From an uncultured delta proteobacterium (lineage in GTDB: Bacteria; Desulfobacterota; Binatia; Binatales; Binataceae), in assembly GCA_963711565.1 (NCBI GenBank), contig CAVQEQ010000004.1, positions 32,001-96,000 of the forward strand: a stretch of 64,000 nucleotides of DNA. The letters run 5' to 3'. The notes beneath the pieces were generated by a model. The model was given only the letters and a program-made list of their open reading frames with translations, had not been told where the DNA came from and did not search any database. Positions within the stretch are counted from its first letter, which is position 1, and each line of letters starts with the position of its first letter. The translations under genes were made by a program, and so were the position numbers. Of the stretch, positions 19,713-28,858 are shown piece after piece.

Positions 19713-20720
19713 ATGCCACTAACTCCGATCTTTTATGTACCAATATTGAAAACCAAAGCGGGAGAGAAATGGGCTCTTTCTCATTTGGAATTCCCCGCCA
19801 AAGCGAGACTGCGACCTCTCATGGAACTCCACGGAAACAACGACAAATCGCTTACCGAACATCTCGACAGTTTGTGCGATGATCTAGCATCAGATTGGGG
19901 AACCGGGCGCTGGCTTTATTTGGACGGCATTTGGCTACATGGTGAGCACGGCTCTGCGGCTACTCTATCCGCGATCTTTGCAACTGCAGCGGAAAAAAGT
20001 CTAAAGGCGCTTCCGGTCGTGCGGACTACGTTCGGCGATCTCGCACTAGAAACTGTTCAAGACATTGTTACTGAAAATGACAACAATGGGTACCTGCTTC
20101 GCATAACGCCCGGCGATTTAGATCATACTGCGGCGATCAATGCGACGGTCGCGGCGATTGGCGTTCCACGAGATCGTATAGACCTATTGCTCGACTATCG
20201 CCATCATCCGATGAATCTAGTAACTGATGTCCCGAGAGTTCCCCATCTTAGCGATTGGCGCAGGTTTATAGCTGCTTCCGGCGTGTTTCCTAGGACCCAA
20301 ACCGGACTTCCGATCAATGTATGGACCCCTGTTCCTCGAATCGATTGGACATCCTGGCTATCACAGCGAAGTAGTCTCACGCGGAAGCCTATTTTCTCTG
20401 ATTATACGACGCGTTCGCCGGGAGCACCGGCGGAATTTGGAGTTCCTCGCGTCAACATCCGATACGCGACAAACGACACGTGGTCCTTCCACCAAGCGGG
20501 CAGATTTGCGGACGGCGCAGCACCGGAGATGCACGGCCTCTGCAATCAATTGGTGGTACGTCCGGAGTTTCGAGGAGCAACCTTCAGCGCAGGAGATGAA
20601 GCGTATGATCGGGTGCAAGACCCGACTGAAGGACCGGGCGGACCGACTCAGTGGGTTCAGTGGGCGGTGAGTCATCATATCGAATTTGCAGTTGAGCAGG
20701 CTGTTGCTGTCGGGCCTTAA
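19713..20720 (+). CDS. Beta-family protein (sce7725-like)
   Basis: YVPILKTKAGE start, FSDYT, NIRYAT, FSAGDE, C-terminal SHHIEF. Confidence 0.8.
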   Translation: MPLTPIFYVPILKTKAGEKWALSHLEFPAKARLRPLMELHGNNDKSLTEHLDSLCDDLASDWGTGRWLYLDGIWLHGEHGSAATLSAIFATAAEKSLKALPVVRTTFGDLALETVQDIVTENDNNGYLLRITPGDLDHTAAINATVAAIGVPRDRIDLLLDYRHHPMNLVTDVPRVPHLSDWRRFIAASGVFPRTQTGLPINVWTPVPRIDWTSWLSQRSSLTRKPIFSDYTTRSPGAPAEFGVPRVNIRYATNDTWSFHQAGRFADGAAPEMHGLCNQLVVRPEFRGATFSAGDEAYDRVQDPTEGPGGPTQWVQWAVSHHIEFAVEQAVAVGP

Positions 20721-21309
20721 GCGCGAGGCGCACCTCATTGCACAGCATCTTGAGAGGCAAGGTCTCGATTTGTTGCCATAGCTCGATCACGGGTGCTTGT
20801 TGAGGAACGTGAATGCCCGCCCGTGCCAGAACTCTACGGCATTCCTGCTTCCAAAGAACCCGAACAAGGACTTTAGGATCTGGCTGGCAATTTTTTCGCG
20901 GGGCTCGCTTCGAGGACAGCCGGACAGTCCCATTGTCGGCTCTTTCAGCAAGCATGATTCCCCAGCTTTTCGGAATTCGTTTCCTAGCTGGATTCAGATG
21001 CTTGCGAGTCACAACGAGCGTAATGAATTCAAAGAGGCTTTGATATTGATCAGTTTGCGTGCCAAGCCTGACTAGCGAATCATGCTCGCTCTTAATTTCG
21101 TATCCGCAGAGCTCGCCATTAATGTACGCAATATCGGCGCGCCCGCGCCCTCTTAATAGGGGCAACTCTTCCACGATAGCCGCCGTTGGGTCTTGCTCCT
21201 GCAAAAAGCGAATCAAGGCGGCGCGAATGTCTCCGTCGAACAATCCCACCGTGGAAGAATCTAGCCGCTGGCATGGTGCCGGTTCAAGCGATACAAAACA
21301 GGGTTTCAT
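20584..21309 (-). CDS. sce7726-family PD-(D/E)xK-like protein
   Basis: EEL...RADIA...GYEIKSEHDSLVRL..Q...Y...F, PKSWGI; convergent overlap with the beta gene. Confidence 0.8.
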   Translation of the reverse strand: MKPCFVSLEPAPCQRLDSSTVGLFDGDIRAALIRFLQEQDPTAAIVEELPLLRGRGRADIAYINGELCGYEIKSEHDSLVRLGTQTDQYQSLFEFITLVVTRKHLNPARKRIPKSWGIMLAERADNGTVRLSSKRAPRKNCQPDPKVLVRVLWKQECRRVLARAGIHVPQQAPVIELWQQIETLPLKMLCNEVRLALKARQQQPAQLQIRYDDSPPTEPTESVRPVLQSGLAPDHTLHLLR

Positions 21310-21360
21310 TCAAAAAACTACCACTACCCAATCACAAGACGACGGCAAGAGCGCCCGTGT

Positions 21361-21921
21361 TCAGTTCAATATTGTGAAAAAGCGTCGGCGATCATCAAGT
21401 GGTAACCAGAGGGCGGCGGTCAGATTCGCCGACAGACCTTTGGAGGCGCAAGTGCCCTCAAGCTCTGCCCTCAACTCTCGATTGTTTGCGACAAACCAGA
21501 AGATGAACGTCAGCAGAGGCATAGGCCAATCCCCCGTCAGCTCACAGTATTTCCGGCTTGCCTCCCATATGAGCGCCTCGGTCCAGCGAGGACTAAGTTC
21601 GCCGGTAGCTTCCGGATCCTTGTCTGCGTGCTTCAGAAAATTTTCCGGCGTGTTGATGTACTTCCTGAATTCGCGAGCGGAATCCGCGTTGAGAAAGCAA
21701 TGGAGGTCTTTGAGCATCGGCTAGCCACCACGGTGTTCATTGATGTCTCGTATGACCGAATACGCGGCTGCGGCCAACGTATGGATTGACACTTCGTCGC
21801 CGTGCTCAAAGTAGAGCTTAGTGGCCGTCTCAAGCTGGCGTCGGGCCGCATCCAGTTTGCTTAGACGCAGGGGCTGGTGGATCTCGTTCGAGCTGACGGA
21901 GGCTCGTCGCATTCTGTTCAT
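21361..21921 (-). pseudogene. Hypothetical protein interrupted by an in-frame TAG
   Basis: ORFs 21721-21921 and 21361-21717 share a frame and are separated by TAG at 21721-23. Confidence 0.6.
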
Positions 21922-22005
21922 GCGGTGATCGTAAGCGTCGGCGGCGTCGCGCTCAACGCGCCGACGCAGATACTCGCGCGAAGCGGGTATGACCGGACGG
22001 CCGGG

Positions 22006-22242
22006 TCAACAGCCCGTCTCTTTTCTAACTGACGAGCTGGAGAAGTCCCGCGTGTTTCGCGACCAAAGTTCGACGCCGGCGTTCGTCCTAACCCCGATGG
22101 CTCGATAGCCGTCGAGCTTGACCTCGTACTGCCAGGCCGGACCTTCCGGCAATTTCTCGACCGCGAGGCAAAGCATCGGCTCGATGAATCCGGCCTTCGT
22201 CGGGGCAGTCCTCTCGGGCCTCTTCTCCTTTTCGGTTGCCAC
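22006..22242 (-). pseudogene. N-terminal remnant of ATP-dependent DNA ligase (LigD ligase domain-like)
   Basis: FIEPML...WQYEVKLDGYR...LWSRN, then truncated. Confidence 0.8.
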
Positions 22243-22617
22243 TGGATTGGAAGCATATTACCTCAGATCTCGAACCCCACAGAGCAGGTGATAAGGCAAG
22301 GAAGCAGATGCTCGCCGTTTTCTCAGAAGCGACCGACGAGCCGTCGATCTTCGGCATTCAGGTTGGACGGATTTACTTCAGTGCGCGGTGTCTGTTCCGC
22401 GCCTGCCCAAATCTCGCAGCGACTTGCGTCCGGCCGATAGACCGCATCGGCAGGCCCGCTCATCGCGATCTCCTGGTTTGCGACGCACATTCCGAGCGGC
22501 TCATAGCACGGGCCAGGTCCAAACAGCTCGACGTTTCGATTCGGGACTAAAGACCACTTGCAATTTAGGGGCGTGCAAGCGCATCTCTATGCCGCCTCGA
22601 GAACACCGGTCTTGCTG

Positions 22618-22854
22618 CTAGGAATTCAACAGCCGCTCAAGTCGTTCTACGCGAACATGCGGTGGCAGCAGGATTCTATTCTCAAGCAGGCACCTTTCGG
22701 CATGGCCTCCGTACTCGATTCTGTAACGCCGCCATCCGCGGAGCTCGCTGGGGAGAGCATCGGGGTTCATGATGAGTTCTTCGGTCACGTCAACGTAAAG
22801 TCGGTTCTTAGGTTCTTTCCGCAGAGAGCTGGCTTTCCGCTTTGCCTTTTTCAT
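22618..22854 (-). CDS. Small hypothetical protein
   Basis: 78-aa ORF starting MKKAKRK; no motif. Confidence 0.4.
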   Translation of the reverse strand: MKKAKRKASSLRKEPKNRLYVDVTEELIMNPDALPSELRGWRRYRIEYGGHAERCLLENRILLPPHVRVERLERLLNS

Positions 22855-23015
22855 CTTGGGACCCCACTTCGCAACATCTCCGGAGAGTCGCCATTGTAGC
22901 ATCGCACTCCAGTCCTGTGGGCTACTCAGCGGCGCGAGGCTTTCAGCCGGCTCTGGATCAGGTTACTTTGGAATCGGCAAATGAGCGCGAACACAAATCA
23001 GAACGGAGATGAATC

Positions 23016-23387
23016 GTGAAGAGCGTGCGCAGGCCACGTGCAATCATCCTGGACACGACTGATAGAAACGGATGTTTCGATCCCGAGAAGGTAGCGGACC
23101 TGCTCGATTGGACCCCGGACGAAGTGCGCCGATATCTCGACCAACAGCCGTCAAGCATCCCGAAGAGTGTCACAGTCTCGGCGACCCACGTGAGGCTGCA
23201 TTCTCTCGCTACGCTCATTCAGGAGGTCTTCGAACTCATGCACGAGGATATCTACGAGATGCGCGCATGGTTCCAAGCTCCGATCAAAGCGCTGGACGGC
23301 GGGTCGCCTCGGGACATGATTCTCGCTGGCGAGTTAGAGCGAGTCTCCGCTTTGGTTGACGAGACTGCTAGCGGGTTCGCCTTCTAG
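23016..23387 (+). CDS. Xre/MbcA/ParS-type antitoxin domain protein (orphan)
   Basis: HTH-like N-terminus and C-terminal WFQAPIKALDGGSPRDMI. Confidence 0.7.
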   Translation: MKSVRRPRAIILDTTDRNGCFDPEKVADLLDWTPDEVRRYLDQQPSSIPKSVTVSATHVRLHSLATLIQEVFELMHEDIYEMRAWFQAPIKALDGGSPRDMILAGELERVSALVDETASGFAF

Positions 23388-23550
23388 CGGGCGAACCTTC
23401 CTCCGGCGCAGCAGCGCCCGGCTATTTCCATCGGGCGCGGTCGTGAGGACGCGGCCAGACGCCGCGCCTGTTCAATTCCTCAATTTCTAGATACTACCCG
23501 ACCTGCCACGCGCGGCGAACAGTCTTAAGTCTGTCCAGCCAGTGATGGGC

Positions 23551-23763
23551 TCAAGATTTCTGAAAGAAATCCGCGACCTGCACATCGAGAGCTCGGGCGA
23601 GTTTCACGATTGTGGTCAGCGAGGGGCTACGTTTACCGCGCAGAATCTGCGACAAGTGCCCCTTGGAGAAATCTGTTTCAAGATAGAAGCGGTCGAGCGA
23701 GCCGTACTTCTGGATGACGATCTCGCGCAGCCTTCGGCGGAATAGAGCCTCCTCGTTTGCCAC
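23551..23763 (-). CDS. XRE-family HTH protein
   Basis: SKGHLSQILRGKRSPSLTTIVKLARALDV. Confidence 0.8.
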   Translation of the reverse strand: MANEEALFRRRLREIVIQKYGSLDRFYLETDFSKGHLSQILRGKRSPSLTTIVKLARALDVQVADFFQKS

Positions 23764-23877
23764 ACCGCGCGTGTAGCAAAAGAGGACTGGCCCAGCGTTT
23801 GCAATTGCAAACGCTGGATACTGTCAGAGATGAGTGAAACGATCAATGGCCGCGCGACGCGAGGCGAAGTCGCTTCT

Positions 23878-24858
23878 TCACGAGCTACCGTTGCGGCCGT
23901 TACGATAAGGGTGTCCGTTGAGATGTCCATTCGTTTCGTGCACTTCGTAGCGTTGAAGCCGATTGTAGAGGTTCCGTCGGCTCATTCCGAGAAGACTGGA
24001 CGCGCGAGCCTTATTTCCTCCGGCGAAGGCCAAGGTCCGGAAAATCAACTCGCGTTCGACCTCGCACATAGCCGAGCCAACGCGGACCATGAAGTGCGCT
24101 TCTGCGCCGTGAGAAGGAACGGACTCCATCGGCAGATCTCCAGCCGAAAGCATTGGAGAGGGGCACCTTATCACCGCGCGTTGGACGACATTGCGCAACT
24201 CTCGAACGTTTCCCGGCCACACGTGAGCTCGGAGGGCATCCAGGCAGTCTTGGCTCATACCTTGAATTTTCTTGTTGTGTTCCCGGTTGAATTCCTGGAT
24301 GAAGTGCTCGACGAGCAAAGGCAAATCCTCAAGACGGTCTCGCAGCGGAGGCAGCTCGACGGTGTAAACGTTGAGACGGTAGTAGAGGTCCTCGCGCAAT
24401 CGCCCCTCGCGGATCGCTTGACGAAGCGAACGATTGGATGCGGCGAAGACGCGCACGTCGATCGGCAGCTCTTTGCTTGCGCCGAGGCGGAGAACTCTCT
24501 TCTCTTCGAGAACACGAAGCAGTTTGGCCTGCATCTCCGGCCGCATCTCGGTGATCTCGTCGAGCAGAAGGCTGCCGCCGTTCGCCCGCTCGAAGCATCC
24601 CTCGCGGCGGCGATCCGCTCCCGTAAAGGCCCCGCGTTCGTGGCCGAACAGTTCGCTTTCGATCAGGCTTTCAGGGATCGCCGCGCAATTGATTGCCACG
24701 TACGGTCGGTTTTGGCGCTGCGACTTGTCATGGATCGCTCGTGCGGCCCGCTCTTTTCCCGTACCGCTCTCGCCAGTAATGATCACCGGCGCGCTCGTAA
24801 GAGCGGCTTCTTCAATCAGGCGTATGGCCCGGCGTATCGCTAGCGACTGACCAACCAA
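23878..24858 (-). CDS. Sigma-54-dependent enhancer-binding protein lacking an N-terminal regulatory domain
   Basis: GESGTGKE, ESELFGHERGAFTGA, LLDEI, WPGNVREL, Fis-type HTH. The ORF begins at the AAA+ domain. Confidence 0.92.
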   Translation of the reverse strand: MVGQSLAIRRAIRLIEEAALTSAPVIITGESGTGKERAARAIHDKSQRQNRPYVAINCAAIPESLIESELFGHERGAFTGADRRREGCFERANGGSLLLDEITEMRPEMQAKLLRVLEEKRVLRLGASKELPIDVRVFAASNRSLRQAIREGRLREDLYYRLNVYTVELPPLRDRLEDLPLLVEHFIQEFNREHNKKIQGMSQDCLDALRAHVWPGNVRELRNVVQRAVIRCPSPMLSAGDLPMESVPSHGAEAHFMVRVGSAMCEVERELIFRTLAFAGGNKARASSLLGMSRRNLYNRLQRYEVHETNGHLNGHPYRNGRNGSS

Positions 24859-25143
24859 TTTTCGCTCGCGAGATCAAAATCACAACCCCACCCCCGCCGG
24901 CACGTTCGCAGAAAGTAATCAGGCTGTGGATAACTTGTCAACAGGTTAATTTTGGTTACATTCTGCTGTTAACAGAACGTTAATGGTAACCTTACCTACT
25001 CTTGGCGACGGCTTCCTTTCCCGCCCTAACTCGGACATCAGGGACCGATATCGTAAAAGCATTATGTTTCCTTTTGATCGCTCAACCTCTCGACCCCTGC
25101 CACTGGCGAGCAATCTAGACTAGCTCCGCAAACGATGGCTCTC

Positions 25144-25230
25144 TGTGCAAAGTTTGCACATTGAAGGGCGAGCAAGACGAATTCCGAAATCGCCACGGAC
25201 ACTTACGATTGTGTGTGCAAAGATTGCACA
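25144..25230. promoter_or_regulatory. Two palindromic candidate upstream activator sequences
   Basis: TGTGCAAAGTTTGCACA (25144-60) and TGTGCAAAGATTGCACA (25214-30), 70 bp apart. Confidence 0.65.
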
Positions 25231-25332
25231 TGCACACTTTCTCTTCCGCCGAATGATCGCCAAATCCCTCTGTGGTCGGCGTGTCCACAACCGGATCGCG
25301 CCTTGTCGGTCGGCGTTCACGTGAACAGAGGA

Positions 25333-25349
25333 ACGGCACCGCCGTTGCT
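25333..25349 (+). promoter_or_regulatory. Candidate sigma-54 (-24/-12) promoter
   Basis: ACGGCACCGCCGTTGCT = GG-N10-GC, about 100 bp downstream of the palindromes and upstream of the xis-like gene. Confidence 0.65.
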
Positions 25350-25407
25350 CAATGAGTCTTCGGATGAGTGTGGGGTTGCGGGGATCTTTCGCTGCCGGGG
25401 GTCTTCT

Positions 25408-25812
25408 ATGTCGTACCAACCGCCGCACCAAATCACTTCGCGGGCAACATTGTCGTCCGCGACTATCGAGGAACTCCTCACAGATCCATCGCGTACAAGA
25501 GGGTTGGTCCTCGAATCGGTGCCCGAACTTCTAACGCAAGTTGCGTCGCGTGTAGCGTCGCTGAAAACTCTCGAGGGCGCGCTGCTCGCCCTGATGCTAA
25601 GTCAGCGGGTCGCGAACGGCGGCGCCAGGAACGTCGGCAGTGCGCTTCTGGGTGCGGCGGAACTCGCGAAACTTCTGGGCGTTCCAGAATCGTGGGTCAG
25701 AGAACAGGCGCGCCTCGGCAACCTGCCGTCCTTCAAACTCGGGCACTACGTTCGCTTCAGAGTCGAAGAAGTCGAGCGCTTTCTCGCCCAACGCGCCAGC
25801 CAAGCCGCTTGA
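25408..25812 (+). CDS. Excisionase-like HTH protein
   Basis: LLGAAELAKLLGVPESWVREQARLGNLPSFKLGHYVRF; start uncertain. Confidence 0.8.
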   Translation: MSYQPPHQITSRATLSSATIEELLTDPSRTRGLVLESVPELLTQVASRVASLKTLEGALLALMLSQRVANGGARNVGSALLGAAELAKLLGVPESWVREQARLGNLPSFKLGHYVRFRVEEVERFLAQRASQAA

Positions 25813-25847
25813 CTTTCTAGATCATCGACTATACGATACGTATAGTC
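25809..25847 (+). promoter_or_regulatory. Sigma-70 promoter with operator over -10; leaderless XRE-int transcript
   Basis: TTGACT-17bp-TACGAT; perfect inverted repeat GACTATACG-ATA-CGTATAGTC (25827-47) ending at the ATG. Confidence 0.7.
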
Positions 25848-26039
25848 ATGACTGGGCGAGAACTCCATTCCATCAGACAGAAGTTGGCGCTTACGCAAGC
25901 TGCACTTGCGGAAGCAGTCGGTGTAACTTCGAATACCGTGGCGCGCTGGGAGCGCGGCGAGATGGCAATCTCCGAGCCGGCCGCTAGACTGTTGGAGAAG
26001 CTCGCCGAGGAACGTAAAATCGCTAGGCGAGGGAATTAA
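25848..26039 (+). CDS. Small XRE HTH protein
   Basis: LTQAALAEAVGVTSNTVARWERGE. Confidence 0.88.
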   Translation: MTGRELHSIRQKLALTQAALAEAVGVTSNTVARWERGEMAISEPAARLLEKLAEERKIARRGN

Positions 26040-26040
26040 G

Positions 26041-27282
26041 ATGGGCGGGAATATTCAAAAGACGGGTGGACGTTGGCGAATCGACTATCGTGACGGCCAG
26101 GGCAGACGGCATCGCGCGACCTTCGACACGAAGAAGGAAGCCGACACCGCGCTGACGGACATCAAATCGCGAATCGGGAAGGGCGAGTATGTGGCTTCGA
26201 AGCTTCTGCCACATTTTCGCGAACTCGGGGAAGACTGGTTCCGATCGAAGGGCGATCGTCGGCCAGGAACGGTCGGCAACTGGCGCGCTCAGATCGATCT
26301 GCACCTGAATCCCAAATTGGGAGATCTTCGCCTCGATCGGATCAACGTCGCGCTGATCGAAAAGCTGCGCGACGAGCTCCGCGCAAAATTGAGCGCCAAA
26401 AGCGTGAACGCCGTGTTGACCACGGCTGCGGCAATCTTCAAGCTGGCGGTTCGGCGTAAACTTGCAACTGGAAACCCCGCCGCGGACGCCGAGCGTGCCT
26501 TCATGGGCGCAACTGAACTCAAGGATGAGGCGACGAAGGAGCAGCGGGGAGACGGCGTTCAGCCGCTCAGACCAGAGGAAGTTTTGGATCCCAACGAGAT
26601 CCGCAAGGTGCTGGAAAAAGCTGAGCCCGGATATTACCGGACGCTTTTCCTGACCGCGTATTTGACGGGCATGAGAAGCGGCGAACTGTTTGCGCTGCGA
26701 TGGTCGGACATCGAGCTTAAAGGAATCGATGCGGAGACCGGCAAGGAATCCTCACGCGGACGAATTTTGGTTCGCCGCTCGCTCTCGTGGGCTCGCGTGA
26801 AGAAGGATGACGGTCCGGTCCGTCCTCGCTTTTTTCCGCCCAAAACGAAGGCGGGCGTTCGCACGTTGCCGATTCCGATGGAACTCGCAGGAGCGCTCCG
26901 GCGCTGGAAGCTCAAATGTCCGCAGAGCGCGCACGACATGGTCTTCCCGATGCCAGACGGACAGCCGATGCATCGCAGCACGGCGCTGCGTTACGGCTTG
27001 TGGCCGGCGCTCAGCCGCGCCGGATTGCGGAGGGTCAACATGCACTCGCTCCGCCACTCGTTTGCGTCGGCGCTGATCATGGCGGGAGCACCCGTGACCG
27101 AGGTTCAGAGCCTGCTTGGACACTCCAGTCCGGCAGTCACGCTGAAGGTCTATTCGCATTGGTTCAAGAACGTCGAGACCGATTCGGTGGACAGGCTGGC
27201 GAAGAGTCTGACGACAGGCTCCAAAAATCTTGGACACTTTTTGGACACTTTGGAGGTTGCCCCGAAGGCAGATAGCGCATAA
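26041..27282 (+). CDS. Tyrosine integrase
   Basis: Arm-binding N-terminus; catalytic R (GMRSGE), K (PKTK), HSLRH, LGH, Y (VYSH). Confidence 0.95.
   Translation: MGGNIQKTGGRWRIDYRDGQGRRHRATFDTKKEADTALTDIKSRIGKGEYVASKLLPHFRELGEDWFRSKGDRRPGTVGNWRAQIDLHLNPKLGDLRLDRINVALIEKLRDELRAKLSAKSVNAVLTTAAAIFKLAVRRKLATGNPAADAERAFMGATELKDEATKEQRGDGVQPLRPEEVLDPNEIRKVLEKAEPGYYRTLFLTAYLTGMRSGELFALRWSDIELKGIDAETGKESSRGRILVRRSLSWARVKKDDGPVRPRFFPPKTKAGVRTLPIPMELAGALRRWKLKCPQSAHDMVFPMPDGQPMHRSTALRYGLWPALSRAGLRRVNMHSLRHSFASALIMAGAPVTEVQSLLGHSSPAVTLKVYSHWFKNVETDSVDRLAKSLTTGSKNLGHFLDTLEVAPKADSA
27230..27251 (+). repeat. Tandem 11-bp repeat, candidate integrase arm-type sites
   Basis: TTGGACACTTT x2 in the 3' end of int, near the tRNA. 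Confidence 0.55.
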
Positions 27283-27301
27283 GTACTTGATTTCATTGAG
27301 C

Positions 27302-27393
<92 letters not shown>

Positions 27394-27428
27394 GTTTTAT
27401 TGGGTTTTTTCCGATCTGAATCATTGTT

Positions 27429-28226
27429 TTACGAGCCCGCTTGAGTGCCGTTTTCGGGTCGGGTGGGCATAGGGTGGGCATGATTTGAGGTCAACGGCGT
27501 CGCTGCGGTCTCCAGCGAAGACATTTCTTCTGCAGAAAGATCGTCCGTCGGTATCCAGCGCCAGTAATGTTTCGACAACATTTGCAGCGTGCGATGATCC
27601 ATCTGCCGCTGAATCCAGTTGAGCGGCTTGTGCTGCTTCAGCGCTAGGGCCGCGAAGCTATGAGGGCACTGCCCGATTGGTCTGTGCGGAACTTCAGCTC
27701 GGGTGGGGATCCGGCGCCACACCACGTCGGTCGCCCAACGCACATTGGGCGCAGCGCCGCTCTCATTGGGGAAGACGTACTTGCTGCGTAGCTGAACTCT
27801 TTCCCGTTGCTTTGACAGCTCAGCGCGAACCCTTGGACCGTACTGGATCATGCGCCGGCTGCTCTTCGTCTTCGGCGTCGTGATGCCATATCGGACGCTG
27901 AGGCTGCGGTTGATCAGTGCCCGGTCACGATCGAGGTAGACCCTGTCCCAGGTCAGAGCGAGCGCTTCGCCGCGTCGAATCCCGGTAAAGAAATAGAGAG
28001 TGACAAGAGCGCGTTCCCAGCCCTCGGCCGCCGCGATGATCGCTTCTATCTGATCCGCGTTATACGGCATCACTTCGGCATCTTCCGGCTCGTCCGAGGG
28101 TTCGGAATCGTCGTCGTTCGCCTGGCCGGAATCCTTGAATGGCTTCATCCCGAGCAGGAGGTCTTCGTTGAGAAGCTTCCGAACGCGAGCGAACTCCAGG
28201 ATTTGATTCAGGACATCCCATGCCAT
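27429..28226 (-). pseudogene. Degenerate tyrosine integrase
   Basis: GIRRGE and PKTK retained, but QCPHSF lacks the catalytic Arg and MDH replaces the usual xGH; N-terminal domains missing. Confidence 0.8.
27461..27481 (+). repeat. Tandem 10-bp repeat, candidate arm-type sites of the second integrase
   Basis: GGGTGGGCAT-A-GGGTGGGCAT. Confidence 0.5.
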
Positions 28227-28269
28227 TTTGCGATTCCTCCGCGTATTCCGGCAGCGTACCTCGAAGTTT

Positions 28270-28472
28270 CACGCGGGGGTTGAACTGCCTCGTTCGGAAC
28301 GTCGGCCAATAGATCAAGTACCGTCCTTGCACGACGAAAAGGCCGTCCACTTTCCCGACCCCACCAGACACAATCCAGCCATACACGGTCTTTCGGTTGC
28401 GTCGAAGAATTTTTCAGGGACAGTCAGATATTCGCTCTCTGGCAGTCCAACTTCTGCTGCTTGCCTGCTCAT
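28270..28472 (-). pseudogene. Frameshifted excisionase-like HTH remnant
   Basis: MSRQ...EYLTVPE in one frame, continuing as LRRNRKTVYGWIVSG...GRYLI in another; 3' boundary approximate. Confidence 0.6.
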
Positions 28473-28541
28473 GATCGCCTGCCTGGTTGTTCGGCGTTAT
28501 CTTTTACCGGCGAACAGTTCTCTCGTGGCGGAGAGCCTTAG

Positions 28542-28558
28542 CGCAAGCGGGATGCCAG
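28542..28558 (-). promoter_or_regulatory. Candidate sigma-54 promoter for the second xis/int module
   Basis: Minus strand CTGGCATCCCGCTTGCG = TGGCA, GG-N10-GC, TTGC; 70 bp upstream of the xis remnant. Confidence 0.65.
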
Positions 28559-28858
28559 ACTAAACACCTGCCGAACTGTAGCGTTTGCGGCATCTTGCGC
28601 CTCCGAAAAGTGTGCTATGTGCAGAATTGGCACGCACACTTTGTGAACGGAATGTTTCAACGAAATGCAACCTTCAATCGTCGCTGCGGTTGCGAGCGTC
28701 AAACTTAACTGCCCTCATCCGATTTCCTCATTCCGTTCAGATACGCCCTCGTCGCATCCGGTTCTTGACTCGGCGCGGTGCAATGAAGTGTGGCCTTGAC
28801 GTGTAATCTAATTCAATTTAGATTTAGAAATAGTCGGCCGGAGGATTGAACAGCAGAG

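Larger units (their letters stand above)
1..27301. mobile_element. Integrative element / defence island abutting the 5' side of tRNA-Ser; left boundary outside the window
   Basis: Intact tyrosine integrase and excisionase-like gene end 19 bp before the tRNA. Cargo includes defence operons and ssb/ardC. No second att copy seen in the window. Confidence 0.75.

Noticed and set aside
21721-21723. In-frame TAG as pyrrolysine or stop recoding
   Set aside because: TAG ends many intact genes here and no pyl genes are visible; a nonsense change is simpler.
24925-24933. DnaA box TGTGGATAA (also 38868-38876)
   Set aside because: Isolated 9-mers with no cluster or origin context.
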